From an uncultured Gemmatimonadota bacterium (GTDB lineage: Bacteria > JAAXHH01): a stretch of 64,000 bases of DNA. The stretch spans positions 3,680,001 to 3,744,000 of the forward strand of contig OX638340.1 in NCBI GenBank assembly GCA_951812955.1. The letters run 5' to 3'. The notes beneath the pieces are model-generated. The model saw nothing but the letters and a program-made list of their open reading frames with translations. It had not been told where the DNA came from and did not search any database. Shown here in pieces: positions 44,499 through 53,957 of this stretch. The position numbers and the translations under genes were made by a program. The stretch's first letter is position 1, and the number at the start of each line of letters is the position of its first letter.

Positions 44499-45878
44499 TT
44501 AGCGGCCAGGTTGCATGTCCTTTCCCAGGGCGCCGTCCAGCGTGGCCTGGGCGATCAGGTAATCGTACTGCGCTCCGGCCAGATCGGATTTCGCCCGCGC
44601 CAGGGCTTCCTGCGCCGTAAAGACATCCAGCAGCGTGCCGGAACCCACCCGGTATCGTTCCTCCGCCAGCCGGAGACTCTCCTCCGCCGCCACGATGTTG
44701 TCGTTGCTGAGCGTGATGACTTCCCGGGCCGTATCCAGGTTGAGCAACGCGCGTCTGATCGTCAGCGACGTGGCCCTGCGGGTTTGTCGCAGCGTCTCCT
44801 CCGCGATCAGCTGCTGCGCCTGCGCCTGCGAAATCTCGGCATAGGTCTGCGTGCCATTCAGGATCGGCATGGTGAGATTCAAATTGAAGGAAAGCCGCCA
44901 GTTCTTGTCATAGGTGCCGTAGACATCCTGGAAGCGAACGCCCGATCGGCTGTAACCTATGTTGCCGGATACCGTTGGCCAGAGTCCACTCCGGGCCAGT
45001 TTGGTCCCGAGCAACGCGGTACGGATGCCGCCCTCATCCCGCTGGATGGCGGGATTGGTCAGGTCGGCCAGCCGAAGCGCGTCCTGTAAGCCCATGGGCG
45101 CCGTCGTGTCGAGCGACCCGCCTTCCAGCGGATCTGCGATCCGGAACACCTCGTTGGAACCGATGCCCATGACATTGGCCAGTTCGGCACGGGCCTGCAT
45201 AACCGCATTCTCCTGGTTATGCAGGTTTATGCGCACGCCGCCAAGTTGGGCCCTGGTCTGCAGTACGTCCACGCGGGCCACGGAACCGATCTCGTACATA
45301 CTCTGGGTCCGTCGCAACTGTTCCTCGTTCAGGCGAACCTGTTCTTCCGTCACTTCTTTGAGACGCAAGGCGCGTAGCAGGTTGTAGTACCGGGTCTTCA
45401 CGTCCACGGTAACCTGGTTTTCGGTATTTACCTGGTCCAGTTTCCCGTTGTCTACCAGTTGCCTGTCACGCCGGATCGTGTTCCAGTTCCTGCCGCCATT
45501 GTACAGGTCCATGCGCAGGAAGACGTTGTTGCTATAGTTCGTCCGGGTGCTGCCCTCCGCTACCTGGAGCTGGACGCCTTCGACAATGATCGGAGTATCG
45601 CCGGAAGTCGTCCGATTCGCGTTTACTAAGTTGGCGTTCAGCTGGGGCATGACACCCGAATAGGAACCGAGGACGGCGGCCTGCCGGACTTCCACCTGTT
45701 TCCGGGCGATCTCGATCTGGGGGTTGTTCTCCAGCGCGATCTGAATGCATCTGTCCAGCGTGTAAAAAGCGCCCTGGTCGGGATCGATTCCGGCGTTCTG
45801 CCCGTGCGCTTTCTCCGCGGGGGACAACAGGCCAGTTACGATCAGGACGGCCCAGCAGATCGTATTCCGCATCATCAT
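44499..45878 (-). CDS. TolC-family outer membrane efflux protein
   Basis: Signal peptide, then two tandem repeats of the alpha-helical/beta-barrel TolC pattern (LTLDRCIQIALENNPQIEIAR...; ...LTLSNDNIVAAEESLRLAEERYRVGSGTLLDV). Confidence 0.85.
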   Translation of the reverse strand: MMMRNTICWAVLIVTGLLSPAEKAHGQNAGIDPDQGAFYTLDRCIQIALENNPQIEIARKQVEVRQAAVLGSYSGVMPQLNANLVNANRTTSGDTPIIVEGVQLQVAEGSTRTNYSNNVFLRMDLYNGGRNWNTIRRDRQLVDNGKLDQVNTENQVTVDVKTRYYNLLRALRLKEVTEEQVRLNEEQLRRTQSMYEIGSVARVDVLQTRAQLGGVRINLHNQENAVMQARAELANVMGIGSNEVFRIADPLEGGSLDTTAPMGLQDALRLADLTNPAIQRDEGGIRTALLGTKLARSGLWPTVSGNIGYSRSGVRFQDVYGTYDKNWRLSFNLNLTMPILNGTQTYAEISQAQAQQLIAEETLRQTRRATSLTIRRALLNLDTAREVITLSNDNIVAAEESLRLAEERYRVGSGTLLDVFTAQEALARAKSDLAGAQYDYLIAQATLDGALGKDMQPGR

Positions 45879-46040
45879 TGTATATCTCCTTGTTTCAATG
45901 GTAACGAAGGACCCTTTCAAGAATTAGACGGATAACCAGCCGAATTCCCGCGCAACAGATTGATTTATCTGTTAGACCCCGGACAGAATGGAAGGTTTCC
46001 GATTAACTGAGAAAGCGGGGAGAGAGAGGACGTCCGTCCG

Positions 46041-47180
46041 TCACCTGCGGCGTCGCCAGAGTATCAACAGGCCGACCGCGAGGACTCCCGCGCCCGCGCC
46101 GATCCACGAAGTATAACCCGTGGGAGAGGGAGATGCGGAGACCGCCGGCTTGATCGTGCAGAGCGAGGTGAGCAGTTCGACGGATTCGCTCACGGCCACG
46201 TCGCCGATCACCGTGAAGAGCTTTCCATCGTAATGCCTGCGCAGAATGGAATAGGGGCCGCGGTCCCACACGCGCACGTCGCCGAGCAGTTCGGGCGTAC
46301 CCTTGGGAGACATGTGAGACGCTTCGGAAGATGCGATCCGCTGGAAGAGCGAGATTCGCGAGAGGCCGTCGCTGTACATGAAATGCACGAGCGGCCGGCC
46401 GTGGTGCTGAATGACGCGGCGCTGCTGGAGGGCGAATCCCGGCGGAACGTAAACCGGGGCGTTCAATCTGAAATCCGCTTCCTGCTGCACTTCGCTGATG
46501 GATCCACAGGCAATGACCTGATTGATTTCGACGGACTTGCCCGTCCATTCCTCCGTAGCGAAGAGGTCCGGCGGGATAGACGGATCTTTTTCGAATTCCG
46601 TCAGGAAGAGTTCCTCGACGAGTACACCGGCCTCGTTGCGTTCTTCAGTCCGCATCACCAGGCCCGTTTCCTCGTCGATCCACGCCTTCATGGTCATTCT
46701 GCCGGGATGGCGGGGCTTGAAAGCCAGGACGGCCACCGGACGGTCGAGAAGCCGGTCGGCGCCGGTAATTTCGAGTTCGTAGTTGGTTTGAAGCAGATCG
46801 AGACTGCTGAACTCCAGGTTCATATCGAGCAGGTTGGAGTTCGACTGTCGGCGGTGCGAATAGAAGAGCGAGTCTCCCGAGGCCTTCCGCCGGTATATGT
46901 CGTCGTCCACGCGGATGATGACCTCACGGATGCGACCATCCGAATCGGGGATGTCGATGCGGTCCCGGTCAGGACGCTGATGGGTTATTCTCTGGACATA
47001 GCGGGTGGTGTCCCCCGCCGCGTTGAACCGCTGCTTCGTCATCGTGGCACGGTAGCTCACGCGGGCCGGAGCTTCCATGATCTTCTGGTAGGTTACATCC
47101 GGATCGACTGCGCGGACGGGAGAAGGGCTCGAAAGGCAGGCCGCGGCAACGAAACAGAGGAATACAGGTCGAAACATCAT
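46041..47180 (-). CDS. Periplasmic protein with C-terminal TM anchor, possible MucB/RseB-like (LolA-fold) partner of the anti-sigma factor
   Basis: Signal peptide, 379 aa. Ends in a hydrophobic helix followed by RRRR (SWIGAGAGVLAVGLLILWRRRR). The start lies 10 bp after the anti-sigma stop. The fold assignment is tentative. Confidence 0.4.
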   Translation of the reverse strand: MMFRPVFLCFVAAACLSSPSPVRAVDPDVTYQKIMEAPARVSYRATMTKQRFNAAGDTTRYVQRITHQRPDRDRIDIPDSDGRIREVIIRVDDDIYRRKASGDSLFYSHRRQSNSNLLDMNLEFSSLDLLQTNYELEITGADRLLDRPVAVLAFKPRHPGRMTMKAWIDEETGLVMRTEERNEAGVLVEELFLTEFEKDPSIPPDLFATEEWTGKSVEINQVIACGSISEVQQEADFRLNAPVYVPPGFALQQRRVIQHHGRPLVHFMYSDGLSRISLFQRIASSEASHMSPKGTPELLGDVRVWDRGPYSILRRHYDGKLFTVIGDVAVSESVELLTSLCTIKPAVSASPSPTGYTSWIGAGAGVLAVGLLILWRRRR

Positions 47181-47190
47181 GGCGTATCGC

Positions 47191-47682
47191 CTATTCCTTG
47201 TAGTTGACCATGACGGAACCCAGGGTACCGCTGGTAAAAACGCTTTGATCCTCGATCAGGGCGTGTTCCTGCAGGATGAAGAACATATCGTCGTTCGAGA
47301 TCGTCTGCTGGACGGCCGGCGTATCGACCGGCCTGATCGACTGCCAGATCAGCCCGCCGGCCACCAGTAAAAGCGTGGCAGCGACTGCGATGTATTGACG
47401 GGGCTGCTTGGTGCGCGACGCATCCCTTTTTTTCATGCCCGGAACCATATGGGCGTGTGTCGTGCGTTCCAGAATCGCAGTCTGGACTTCCGCTGCCACC
47501 ACCGCCGTGGGCTTCTCCAGGCGGCAGCAGCGCAACATGCCGCGGACGGACTGCAATCCGCGCAATTCCCGCGCGCAACCGGGGCAGGACTCGATGTGCC
47601 GCGCGATTTCGGCGACTTCCTCGTTGCCGCACATGCGCTCCAGGTAGAACGTGAGCCGTTTCTTTATCTGGTTGCAGTTCAT
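47191..47682 (-). CDS. Anti-sigma factor, zf-HC2 type (RseA/ChrR-like), single TM
   Basis: The N-terminal H-x3-C-x2-C motif (HIESCPGC) is the zf-HC2 anti-sigma domain. There is one TM helix (YIAVAATLLLVAGGLIW). It starts 9 bp after the sigma stop. Confidence 0.8.
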   Translation of the reverse strand: MNCNQIKKRLTFYLERMCGNEEVAEIARHIESCPGCARELRGLQSVRGMLRCCRLEKPTAVVAAEVQTAILERTTHAHMVPGMKKRDASRTKQPRQYIAVAATLLLVAGGLIWQSIRPVDTPAVQQTISNDDMFFILQEHALIEDQSVFTSGTLGSVMVNYKE

Positions 47683-47691
47683 GGCTTGGTC

Positions 47692-48363
47692 CTATAGATC
47701 CAGGTATCCGGCGAGTCGCTTGGAAAGCACGCGCTTCAACTTGAGCCGTCCGTGATGCAGCCGGGACATCACCGTCCCTTCGGGACACTGAAGTATCTCC
47801 GCGATCTGCCGGTGGGAGAGACCTTCCAGGTCGAACAGCACGACAACGGTCCGGTGCCGCTCCGACAGGGTATCCAGCGCGGCCATAATGGACCGCTTCA
47901 ACTCAGCGTTCTCCAGCACCTCGTGCGGAGTTTTCTCTGAGGACGGCAGATTGGAAACTAGAAACTGCTTTCCGGTGCCGCCGTTCCGCCCGCCGTAATC
48001 CGAAAAGGAGTACATGCGGCGTCGGGCCTCCCGCTTGCGGTAGTTGATACACTTGTTGATCAAAATGCGGTATAGCCAGGTCGAAAACCTATACTGCGTG
48101 TTGAACCGTTCCAGCGTTCTAAACACTTCGAGAAAGGCGTCCTGAACGAGGTCGCGCGCGTCATCGTGGCTCGCGAGCATCTGGTACGCCACGGAATAGG
48201 CCTTCTCGCTGTATCGCCTCGTCATTTCGTCGAAGGCGGAGCCATCGCCTGATTTGGCCCGTTCCATCAACCTTCGTTCTTCTTCGCGCCGGTCTTCGCT
48301 CGCGCCCTGGACGGCCGGTCTTTTCCGTTCCGCTACCGAATGGATTTTGCTGACGGTGTTCAC
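47692..48363 (-). CDS. ECF-type RNA polymerase sigma-70 factor
   Basis: Region 2 (AYQMLASHDDARDLVQDAFLEVF...FSTWLYRILINKCINYRK) and region 4 (LSHRQIAEILQCPEGTVMSRLHHGRLKLKRVL). Confidence 0.9.
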   Translation of the reverse strand: MNTVSKIHSVAERKRPAVQGASEDRREEERRLMERAKSGDGSAFDEMTRRYSEKAYSVAYQMLASHDDARDLVQDAFLEVFRTLERFNTQYRFSTWLYRILINKCINYRKREARRRMYSFSDYGGRNGGTGKQFLVSNLPSSEKTPHEVLENAELKRSIMAALDTLSERHRTVVVLFDLEGLSHRQIAEILQCPEGTVMSRLHHGRLKLKRVLSKRLAGYLDL

Positions 48364-48491
48364 CCAGTTACACCCCTGGTCCTATCCCATGCGTCTCTGT
48401 GACTGAATCCGTATACATCCTCAATCAGTTTATCTTCACAAAATGGCCGGATTCACGGCTGTTAAATCGTTTTGGATACACGTTACGGATA

Positions 48492-49469
48492 CTATGCAAG
48501 GCTGATTTCATTGGATTTCCGATACATCTCGAGTGCCTTGTCGAGCTGTCTGCTCTTGTCGTAGATCATGCCGAGATACCGGTACGCCTGTTCATTGCGC
48601 GGTTCATGACGGAGCAGGGTTTCGAAGTGCTCGATCGCTTCCGCATGCTTATCCACGTGACAGTATGCCTTGCCCAGTTGGAGATATACCTCCGCCTTCG
48701 ACCGGTCCACGTCCAACGCGCGGGAGAGTATCTTGATCGCTTCGTCGTAGATTCCGATAGTGATGTAAAGTACGCCGAGCTGATAGCAGGCCCGGTAAGA
48801 ATAAGGATCGTATTCCAGGGCGCTATGGAGGTCGGTCCTGGCATCCTCGAATTGTCCCATTTCCGCGTACAGCGCCGCACGGTCGACCAGCGTATCTATA
48901 TGTCCCGAATCGATCGCCAGGGCGCGATTGTAATGCTCACGCGCGGTTTCCTGGGCGCCGAGGCGGCAGTACATCCTGCCCAGACTGCCCATCGCGGCGG
49001 TGTGACCGGGATGCTGTTCGAGAATACGTCTGTACTGCTGGATCGCCAGTTCGGTTTTACCCTTATTCGCGAGGATCTCCGCCCGGTTCATCATCGCGGA
49101 GAGATCGTCGGTTCTGTTTTTTGGCGTTTCTTCGGCGTGTTGTTTCACCGTACCGGCAGATTCCGGCCTGGCAGGCTCTTCGGAAAGGGGCGACTGGCTC
49201 GCCACGGTGTCTTTCAAGGCATCGAAAGGAACGAAATGGGGAATGTTGCGGTCGTTCAGGCGCAATCCCACGTTGGAATTCAGATCTCGCGCCATGCGTG
49301 CTTTCCTGACTTTTACACTGAAGGCGCCGAACCGGTGGAGGTTCACTCGTTCGTCCCGGGAAATCGCCTCGTTTACTTCCGACAGGAACGCGTTGAGCAC
49401 TGCAGACACCCTGCGCCTGGAGACCTGGGTCCTGGATGCCACTTCGTTTACTAGCGATTCTCTGTTCAT
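48492..49469 (-). CDS. HU/IHF-type DNA-binding domain fused to C-terminal TPR repeats
   Basis: The N-terminal ~90 aa (MNRESLVNEVASRTQVSRRRVSAVLNAFLSEVNEAISRDERVNLHRFGAFSVKVRKARMARDLNSNVGLRLNDRNIPHFVPF) has the HU fold pattern. After a linker come at least five TPR motifs (AIQQYRRILEQHPGHTAAMGSLGRMY...). Confidence 0.7.
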   Translation of the reverse strand: MNRESLVNEVASRTQVSRRRVSAVLNAFLSEVNEAISRDERVNLHRFGAFSVKVRKARMARDLNSNVGLRLNDRNIPHFVPFDALKDTVASQSPLSEEPARPESAGTVKQHAEETPKNRTDDLSAMMNRAEILANKGKTELAIQQYRRILEQHPGHTAAMGSLGRMYCRLGAQETAREHYNRALAIDSGHIDTLVDRAALYAEMGQFEDARTDLHSALEYDPYSYRACYQLGVLYITIGIYDEAIKILSRALDVDRSKAEVYLQLGKAYCHVDKHAEAIEHFETLLRHEPRNEQAYRYLGMIYDKSRQLDKALEMYRKSNEISLA

Positions 49470-49706
49470 GGTGCTCCGGCTATGCTGAGGCGAAGCCGCA
49501 ATCGCCGTCGGGGAGCCCGTCCCGGCATGGCGACGACCGCCGTATATCGTGTTCTGCCAGTGACGTTTCAGGAAGGTCAAACGCTCGCACGCCTGGCCGC
49601 GTCATCTGGCTGTTAAGTATTATGGTCGTGATACCGAAAATCGGCCGTATCCTGCCGCATGTCAAGCAGGAATGAATGGACCGTGCGCTTATTGATCCTG
49701 CCCGGG

Positions 49707-49728
49707 CAACAAAAAGCGCACTGGCGCT
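49707..49728 (-). terminator. Candidate intrinsic terminator overlapping stop of PmoA-like gene
   Basis: The minus-strand RNA is AGCGCCAGUGCGCUUUUUGUUG: a 5-bp GC stem with a 4-nt loop, followed by a U-rich tract. Confidence 0.35.
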
Positions 49729-50650
49729 ACGTCCGGTCACGCCTGTCCGATTCTATCACGTAGGACCTGTACAGTTCATCGATCTCCCCTTCTCCGGGCA
49801 CGTTGTCCAGCACCAGGAATCCGTAACGGAGATGAAGGCTTTCCGTTGGTCGGAGCGTAAAGTCTTCCTCCATAAGCGGCCCTGTGCCCAGCAGGTTGCG
49901 GCGGGTAAACCAGTGCACCGGGTGGCGTAGGTTTCGCGGATGGTCCATGAGCACCACCATGCCACCCTGGGCGCCCGCGGCGCCGACCCACCTGTCCCGT
50001 GTTCTCATGATGGTTTCGTGTCCGCTGCGGCCGCTGCCGCTCGTATGGAACGCGTCCGCGAACGGAGGTCCCATTCGCAGGACCAAACCGCTGTAACGGG
50101 CGGCCCGCGAAGCTCCCATGGTGATTTCCTCCCCGATCGGAGTGATCACCGATTCGATGAGCCACAGACAGCCGCCGGCCCTGGCGGTCTCCAGGAACTC
50201 GAACCGCCGCGACTCCGTGATCAGCGGGCGGTCGTTGCGGTCCAGCCAGGTGAGATTTTCGCCTACCGCGACCCCGGATGCTCCATTTGCAGCCGGTGTG
50301 AATCCATCGTGGCGCTGAACGCCGTGGCTGTCCGGAACAGGAACGTATTCACCTTGTTCCGGCAGGTACCAGGAACCTCCCCAGAAATTGGTGTCGTTGA
50401 CGTGCACCCAGCCGAAATACAACCCCGTGTGCCAGGTGTGGTCGTCGGGACGGTATTCGCTGACCAGGCCGCCGGAAGGGGTGTAAACCGGATGAAAACA
50501 TGGCTTGGGCGATTCGTCCCGCGGCAACCGGTCGGTCGCGACGTTGTACCGGCACAGCAACCGGCGGTCCGCATAGACCTCGAATCCGTCCGCTTCGTTG
50601 ACTTCGAGCCGAAGATGGCTTAGGTTTCTTTTGAATGCGTCTGATCTCAT
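49727..50650 (-). CDS. PmoA-like family protein (DUF6807)
   Basis: KPCFHPVYTPSGGLV...DDHTWHTGLYFGW..VNDTNFW matches the DUF6807/PmoA family conserved N-terminal block. 307 aa. Confidence 0.6.
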   Translation of the reverse strand: MRSDAFKRNLSHLRLEVNEADGFEVYADRRLLCRYNVATDRLPRDESPKPCFHPVYTPSGGLVSEYRPDDHTWHTGLYFGWVHVNDTNFWGGSWYLPEQGEYVPVPDSHGVQRHDGFTPAANGASGVAVGENLTWLDRNDRPLITESRRFEFLETARAGGCLWLIESVITPIGEEITMGASRAARYSGLVLRMGPPFADAFHTSGSGRSGHETIMRTRDRWVGAAGAQGGMVVLMDHPRNLRHPVHWFTRRNLLGTGPLMEEDFTLRPTESLHLRYGFLVLDNVPGEGEIDELYRSYVIESDRRDRT

Positions 50651-50712
50651 AACTGGTGCCTTTACATGGATTATTCGATGCGACGAACCCCGTGCAATCC
50701 CGATCGGTTACT

Positions 50713-52944
50713 ATGAAGCTCAGCGCGGTACTGTTTTCCCTGCTGTTGATTCACGCCCCGGCGCAGGCCGCCACGATAAGCGGATTCGTCACGGATCGTA
50801 CCAGCGGTGAATTCCTGCTCTCCGCGAACGTATTCCTGAGCGGAACGTCGTTGGGCGCCTTGAGCAATGAGAGCGGCTATTATGCAATTACCGGGATACC
50901 CGCGGGATCCTACGTCCTCATCGTGTCATACCTCGGATACGAGACGCACCGGGACTCGCTTAGTCTCGGCGCCGAAGCGTATCTTCGGCTGGACGTGACC
51001 CTCGCGCCGACCGTGCTGATCGGCGAGGAAACCGTAGTCGAGGCGGATCGAAACAGAGACGAGCGCCTGGCTCAACCCGGTTTCGTCGCCCTCCAGGCCG
51101 CGGTACTGCAGGAGCTGCCCGCCATAGGGGAAACCGACTTGTTGCGCAGCCTGCAGCTCCTTCCGGGCATCCAGGCATCGTCGGATATAAGCAGCGGCCT
51201 GTACATCCGGGGCGGCGGTCCCGATCAGACCCAGATACTTCTCGATCAGATCCCCCTCTACAATCCCTCGCACGCATTCGGATTCTTTTCCATTTTCAAT
51301 CCGGAAGCCATCAAGGACATGCGCCTGCACAAGAGCGCTTATCCCGCCAGTTACGGCGGCAACCTCGGTGCGGTGCTCGACGTGACGAACCGCGACGGCA
51401 ACCGCAACGACCTTCGCGGATCGGGCGGAATCAGCCTCATCTCGATGCGCACCATGATCGAAGGCCCCCTTGCACGCGGCTCTTTCATGGTTTCCGGAAG
51501 GCGAACGTACCTGGAACCGATCCTGGCCTATATCCGGCGGCGCGTAGAGGATATCCCAGGATACTATTTCTATGATGTGAATGCGAAAATCAACCAGAAT
51601 CTGTCCTACTCGGACAATCTGGTGCTGAGCGGATACTTCGGCCGGGACGACCTGAACCTCGAAACCAGCGACGACAACCACTTCAACGTCCGCTGGGGCA
51701 ATTCCGCGATAACGGGCAAATGGACGCACCTGTTCTCGCCTACGCTATTCGGCAATTTCATTGTTTCGGGAAGCGACTACGCGAGCCGGCTTTCGGCGAA
51801 TTTCGACGGAACGGAAGTGCTCTTCAGGAACAGCATTCGGGACATCAGCGTCAAGGGCGACCTGGACTATGTCGCCGACGACCAACACGCGCTGAAGGGC
51901 GGTTTCCGCGCTACGGGATACCGGTTCAGATTCAAGCGGAGCTTCAACCAGGATGATCAGCTCGACCTCAGGCTGAGGCCCTACGTAGTCTCGGTATATG
52001 CCCAGGACCAGTGGCAGGCGCTGCCTTCGACCTCGATTCGCCTGGGACTGCGCGGGAACTATTACAGCGAACGCGGCAAGATCGACCTGGAGCCTCGTGT
52101 TTCGCTCAGTCACCGGCTGCCCGGCGGGTTGCGGCTGAAGGCGGGCGGCGGACGGTACCACCAGTACCTGCAACTGATCACCACGGAGGGCTTCAGCGGC
52201 GGCGATTTCTGGGTGCCGCTCGACAGCAGTGTGGAACCCGGTCAGGCGTGGCATTTCGTCATCGGCGCAAGTTGGGACCCGGCGCCGAACTACCGGCTAT
52301 CGCTCGAATCCTACTATCAGCGTTTGGGCAACCTGGTCGTCGTGGACAACACGCGGGCGGCAGGCGCCGATGAAACCCGGTCTGAGGACGTGTTCATCAC
52401 CGGTGGCAGGGGGTACGCCACGGGTGTGGAGCTGTTTGTGGAGCGCATGTCGGGCAGATTGACAGGATGGATCGGCTACACGCTCGGGTGGACGCGCCGC
52501 CAGTTCCCGGAACTGAACCAGGGTGACTGGTTTCCTCCGAAGTACGACCGTCGCCACGATCTCGTGGTTTCGGCCAATTACAGGGCCGGCCGCTGGACAT
52601 TTGGATGCAATGTGATTTTCGCAACCGGGCAGGCCTTCACGCCCGCCTCTGCCCGTTACGAATTGAGGGAATCGGCGCGAACCGGCATACGGGAGGACTA
52701 TTTCCTGCCCACCGGGCGCAATACCGCGCGGTTGCTGCCATACCACCGGGTGGACCTGAGCGTCAAGCAGGATTTTCGCCTGTTCGGCCGAGATCTCCAG
52801 TGGTATCTGCAGGTATTCAACGCCTACAATCATCGCAACGAATGGTTTATTCAGTACAATACGGAAGATGACGGGATCACCACCGCGGATGTGGTGAAGA
52901 TGCTGCCCATCGTACCGACGCTCGGCCTGAACTACGAATTCTGA
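50713..52944 (+). CDS. TonB-dependent receptor with N-terminal carboxypeptidase-regulatory-like domain
   Basis: Signal peptide. CarbopepD_reg pattern (ATISGFVTDRTSGEFL...GYYAITGIPAGSYVL). Plug motif ETDLLRSLQLLPGIQ. 22-strand barrel length. Ends in the C-terminal YEF. Confidence 0.9.
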   Translation: MKLSAVLFSLLLIHAPAQAATISGFVTDRTSGEFLLSANVFLSGTSLGALSNESGYYAITGIPAGSYVLIVSYLGYETHRDSLSLGAEAYLRLDVTLAPTVLIGEETVVEADRNRDERLAQPGFVALQAAVLQELPAIGETDLLRSLQLLPGIQASSDISSGLYIRGGGPDQTQILLDQIPLYNPSHAFGFFSIFNPEAIKDMRLHKSAYPASYGGNLGAVLDVTNRDGNRNDLRGSGGISLISMRTMIEGPLARGSFMVSGRRTYLEPILAYIRRRVEDIPGYYFYDVNAKINQNLSYSDNLVLSGYFGRDDLNLETSDDNHFNVRWGNSAITGKWTHLFSPTLFGNFIVSGSDYASRLSANFDGTEVLFRNSIRDISVKGDLDYVADDQHALKGGFRATGYRFRFKRSFNQDDQLDLRLRPYVVSVYAQDQWQALPSTSIRLGLRGNYYSERGKIDLEPRVSLSHRLPGGLRLKAGGGRYHQYLQLITTEGFSGGDFWVPLDSSVEPGQAWHFVIGASWDPAPNYRLSLESYYQRLGNLVVVDNTRAAGADETRSEDVFITGGRGYATGVELFVERMSGRLTGWIGYTLGWTRRQFPELNQGDWFPPKYDRRHDLVVSANYRAGRWTFGCNVIFATGQAFTPASARYELRESARTGIREDYFLPTGRNTARLLPYHRVDLSVKQDFRLFGRDLQWYLQVFNAYNHRNEWFIQYNTEDDGITTADVVKMLPIVPTLGLNYEF

Positions 52945-52946
52945 CC

Positions 52947-53840
52947 ATGCAGACCAAAACCAGGAAACCTCCATACATCCCGGGCGTGCTGGCGGTCGCC
53001 CTGCTTGCCGGTCTCTCCGTCCTTTCGAGTTGTAACGGGGAGCGGGACCCGGCGACGCTCTTCGGTCCGGACGAACGTGTAACCGTTGTCGTAGACGCCG
53101 TGCTGTACGTCGATCGTATCCTGCCGGAGATCATCGTCACCCGGACGCGCGCCGCGAATATCGCTTTTACCGAAGAAGCCGCTGCGGTGAACGATGCCGA
53201 GGTCACCATCATACAGGGACTTGCGGAATACAGGTACGAGCGCGTCGGCCACCTGGGCCGGTATCTTCCGCCGCCGGGATCGCCCAAGGTACGGCCCGGC
53301 ACTGAATACCGTCTTCACGTCCGCGCACTCGGCAAGGAAATCCGGGGCGTCACTAAAACTCCGGGACGCCTGTCCTTCGATGAAGTCGTCATCGTCGACG
53401 AGACTTCCATGGAAGTGCTAGACCGGCTCGAGCCCCGAACCACCCCCCGGAACCAGGTGGTGTACCGGGAGGGACTCATGGAGGTGAGGTTCGATCCCCT
53501 CGACGTGGAGGCATACCAGGTCGTCGTACTGGACAGGGAGGCCGATGACGAGGTCAGCTCGCCGCCGCTCGAAGCGCGGGACGGCCGCCTGGCGCTGCCC
53601 TGGTTCGCCATCGGCTCTTCCGGAGAACACGAAGTCGAAGTGTACGCGCTGGACCGGAACCTGTTCGATTTCCTTCGAAGCGTAGAGGCGTCCGGTCAGA
53701 ACGCCTTCGGGTTCGGCAGCCTCGCGGGCGATACCTTCGAACGCCCGGTTTTCAATCTCGACGGCGGAATCGGCGTTTTCGGCTCGGCTTCCGTGGGACG
53801 CTTCGGTTTCGTCGTCTTGCAGGAAGATCGAAGCGGTTAA
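52947..53840 (+). CDS. DUF4249-family lipoprotein (TonB-receptor-associated)
   Basis: Lipobox LSVLSSC. ~300 aa. Immediately downstream of the TonB-dependent receptor (a 3-bp gap), as is typical of DUF4249 partners. Confidence 0.6.
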   Translation: MQTKTRKPPYIPGVLAVALLAGLSVLSSCNGERDPATLFGPDERVTVVVDAVLYVDRILPEIIVTRTRAANIAFTEEAAAVNDAEVTIIQGLAEYRYERVGHLGRYLPPPGSPKVRPGTEYRLHVRALGKEIRGVTKTPGRLSFDEVVIVDETSMEVLDRLEPRTTPRNQVVYREGLMEVRFDPLDVEAYQVVVLDREADDEVSSPPLEARDGRLALPWFAIGSSGEHEVEVYALDRNLFDFLRSVEASGQNAFGFGSLAGDTFERPVFNLDGGIGVFGSASVGRFGFVVLQEDRSG

Positions 53841-53957
53841 ACTCACGGTCGGATAAACTTGCCGAACCGTTGTTTTGACAACGAACCCGTATGCGTCTAT
53901 CTTCTGGACGCGCAAGTCGACCCAGCACGACCGAATAACCGCAAACCGCGTGGCTAC

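Noticed and set aside
46233-47207. 324-aa + strand ORF opposite the RseB-like gene and 47177..47788 (-) alternative-frame ORF over the anti-sigma and sigma genes
   Set aside because: Rejected as antisense or alternative-frame shadows. The sigma and anti-sigma frames have diagnostic motifs.
48399-49454. 351-aa + strand ORF opposite the HU-TPR gene
   Set aside because: Rejected as an antisense shadow. The TPR/HU frame is clearly coding.
49940-50623. 227-aa + strand ORF opposite the PmoA-like gene
   Set aside because: Rejected as an antisense shadow.
50926-52974. Minus-strand ORFs 50926..51729, 51745..52254 and 52297..52974 opposite the TonB-dependent receptor gene
   Set aside because: Rejected as antisense shadows. 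The receptor frame has plug and barrel signatures.
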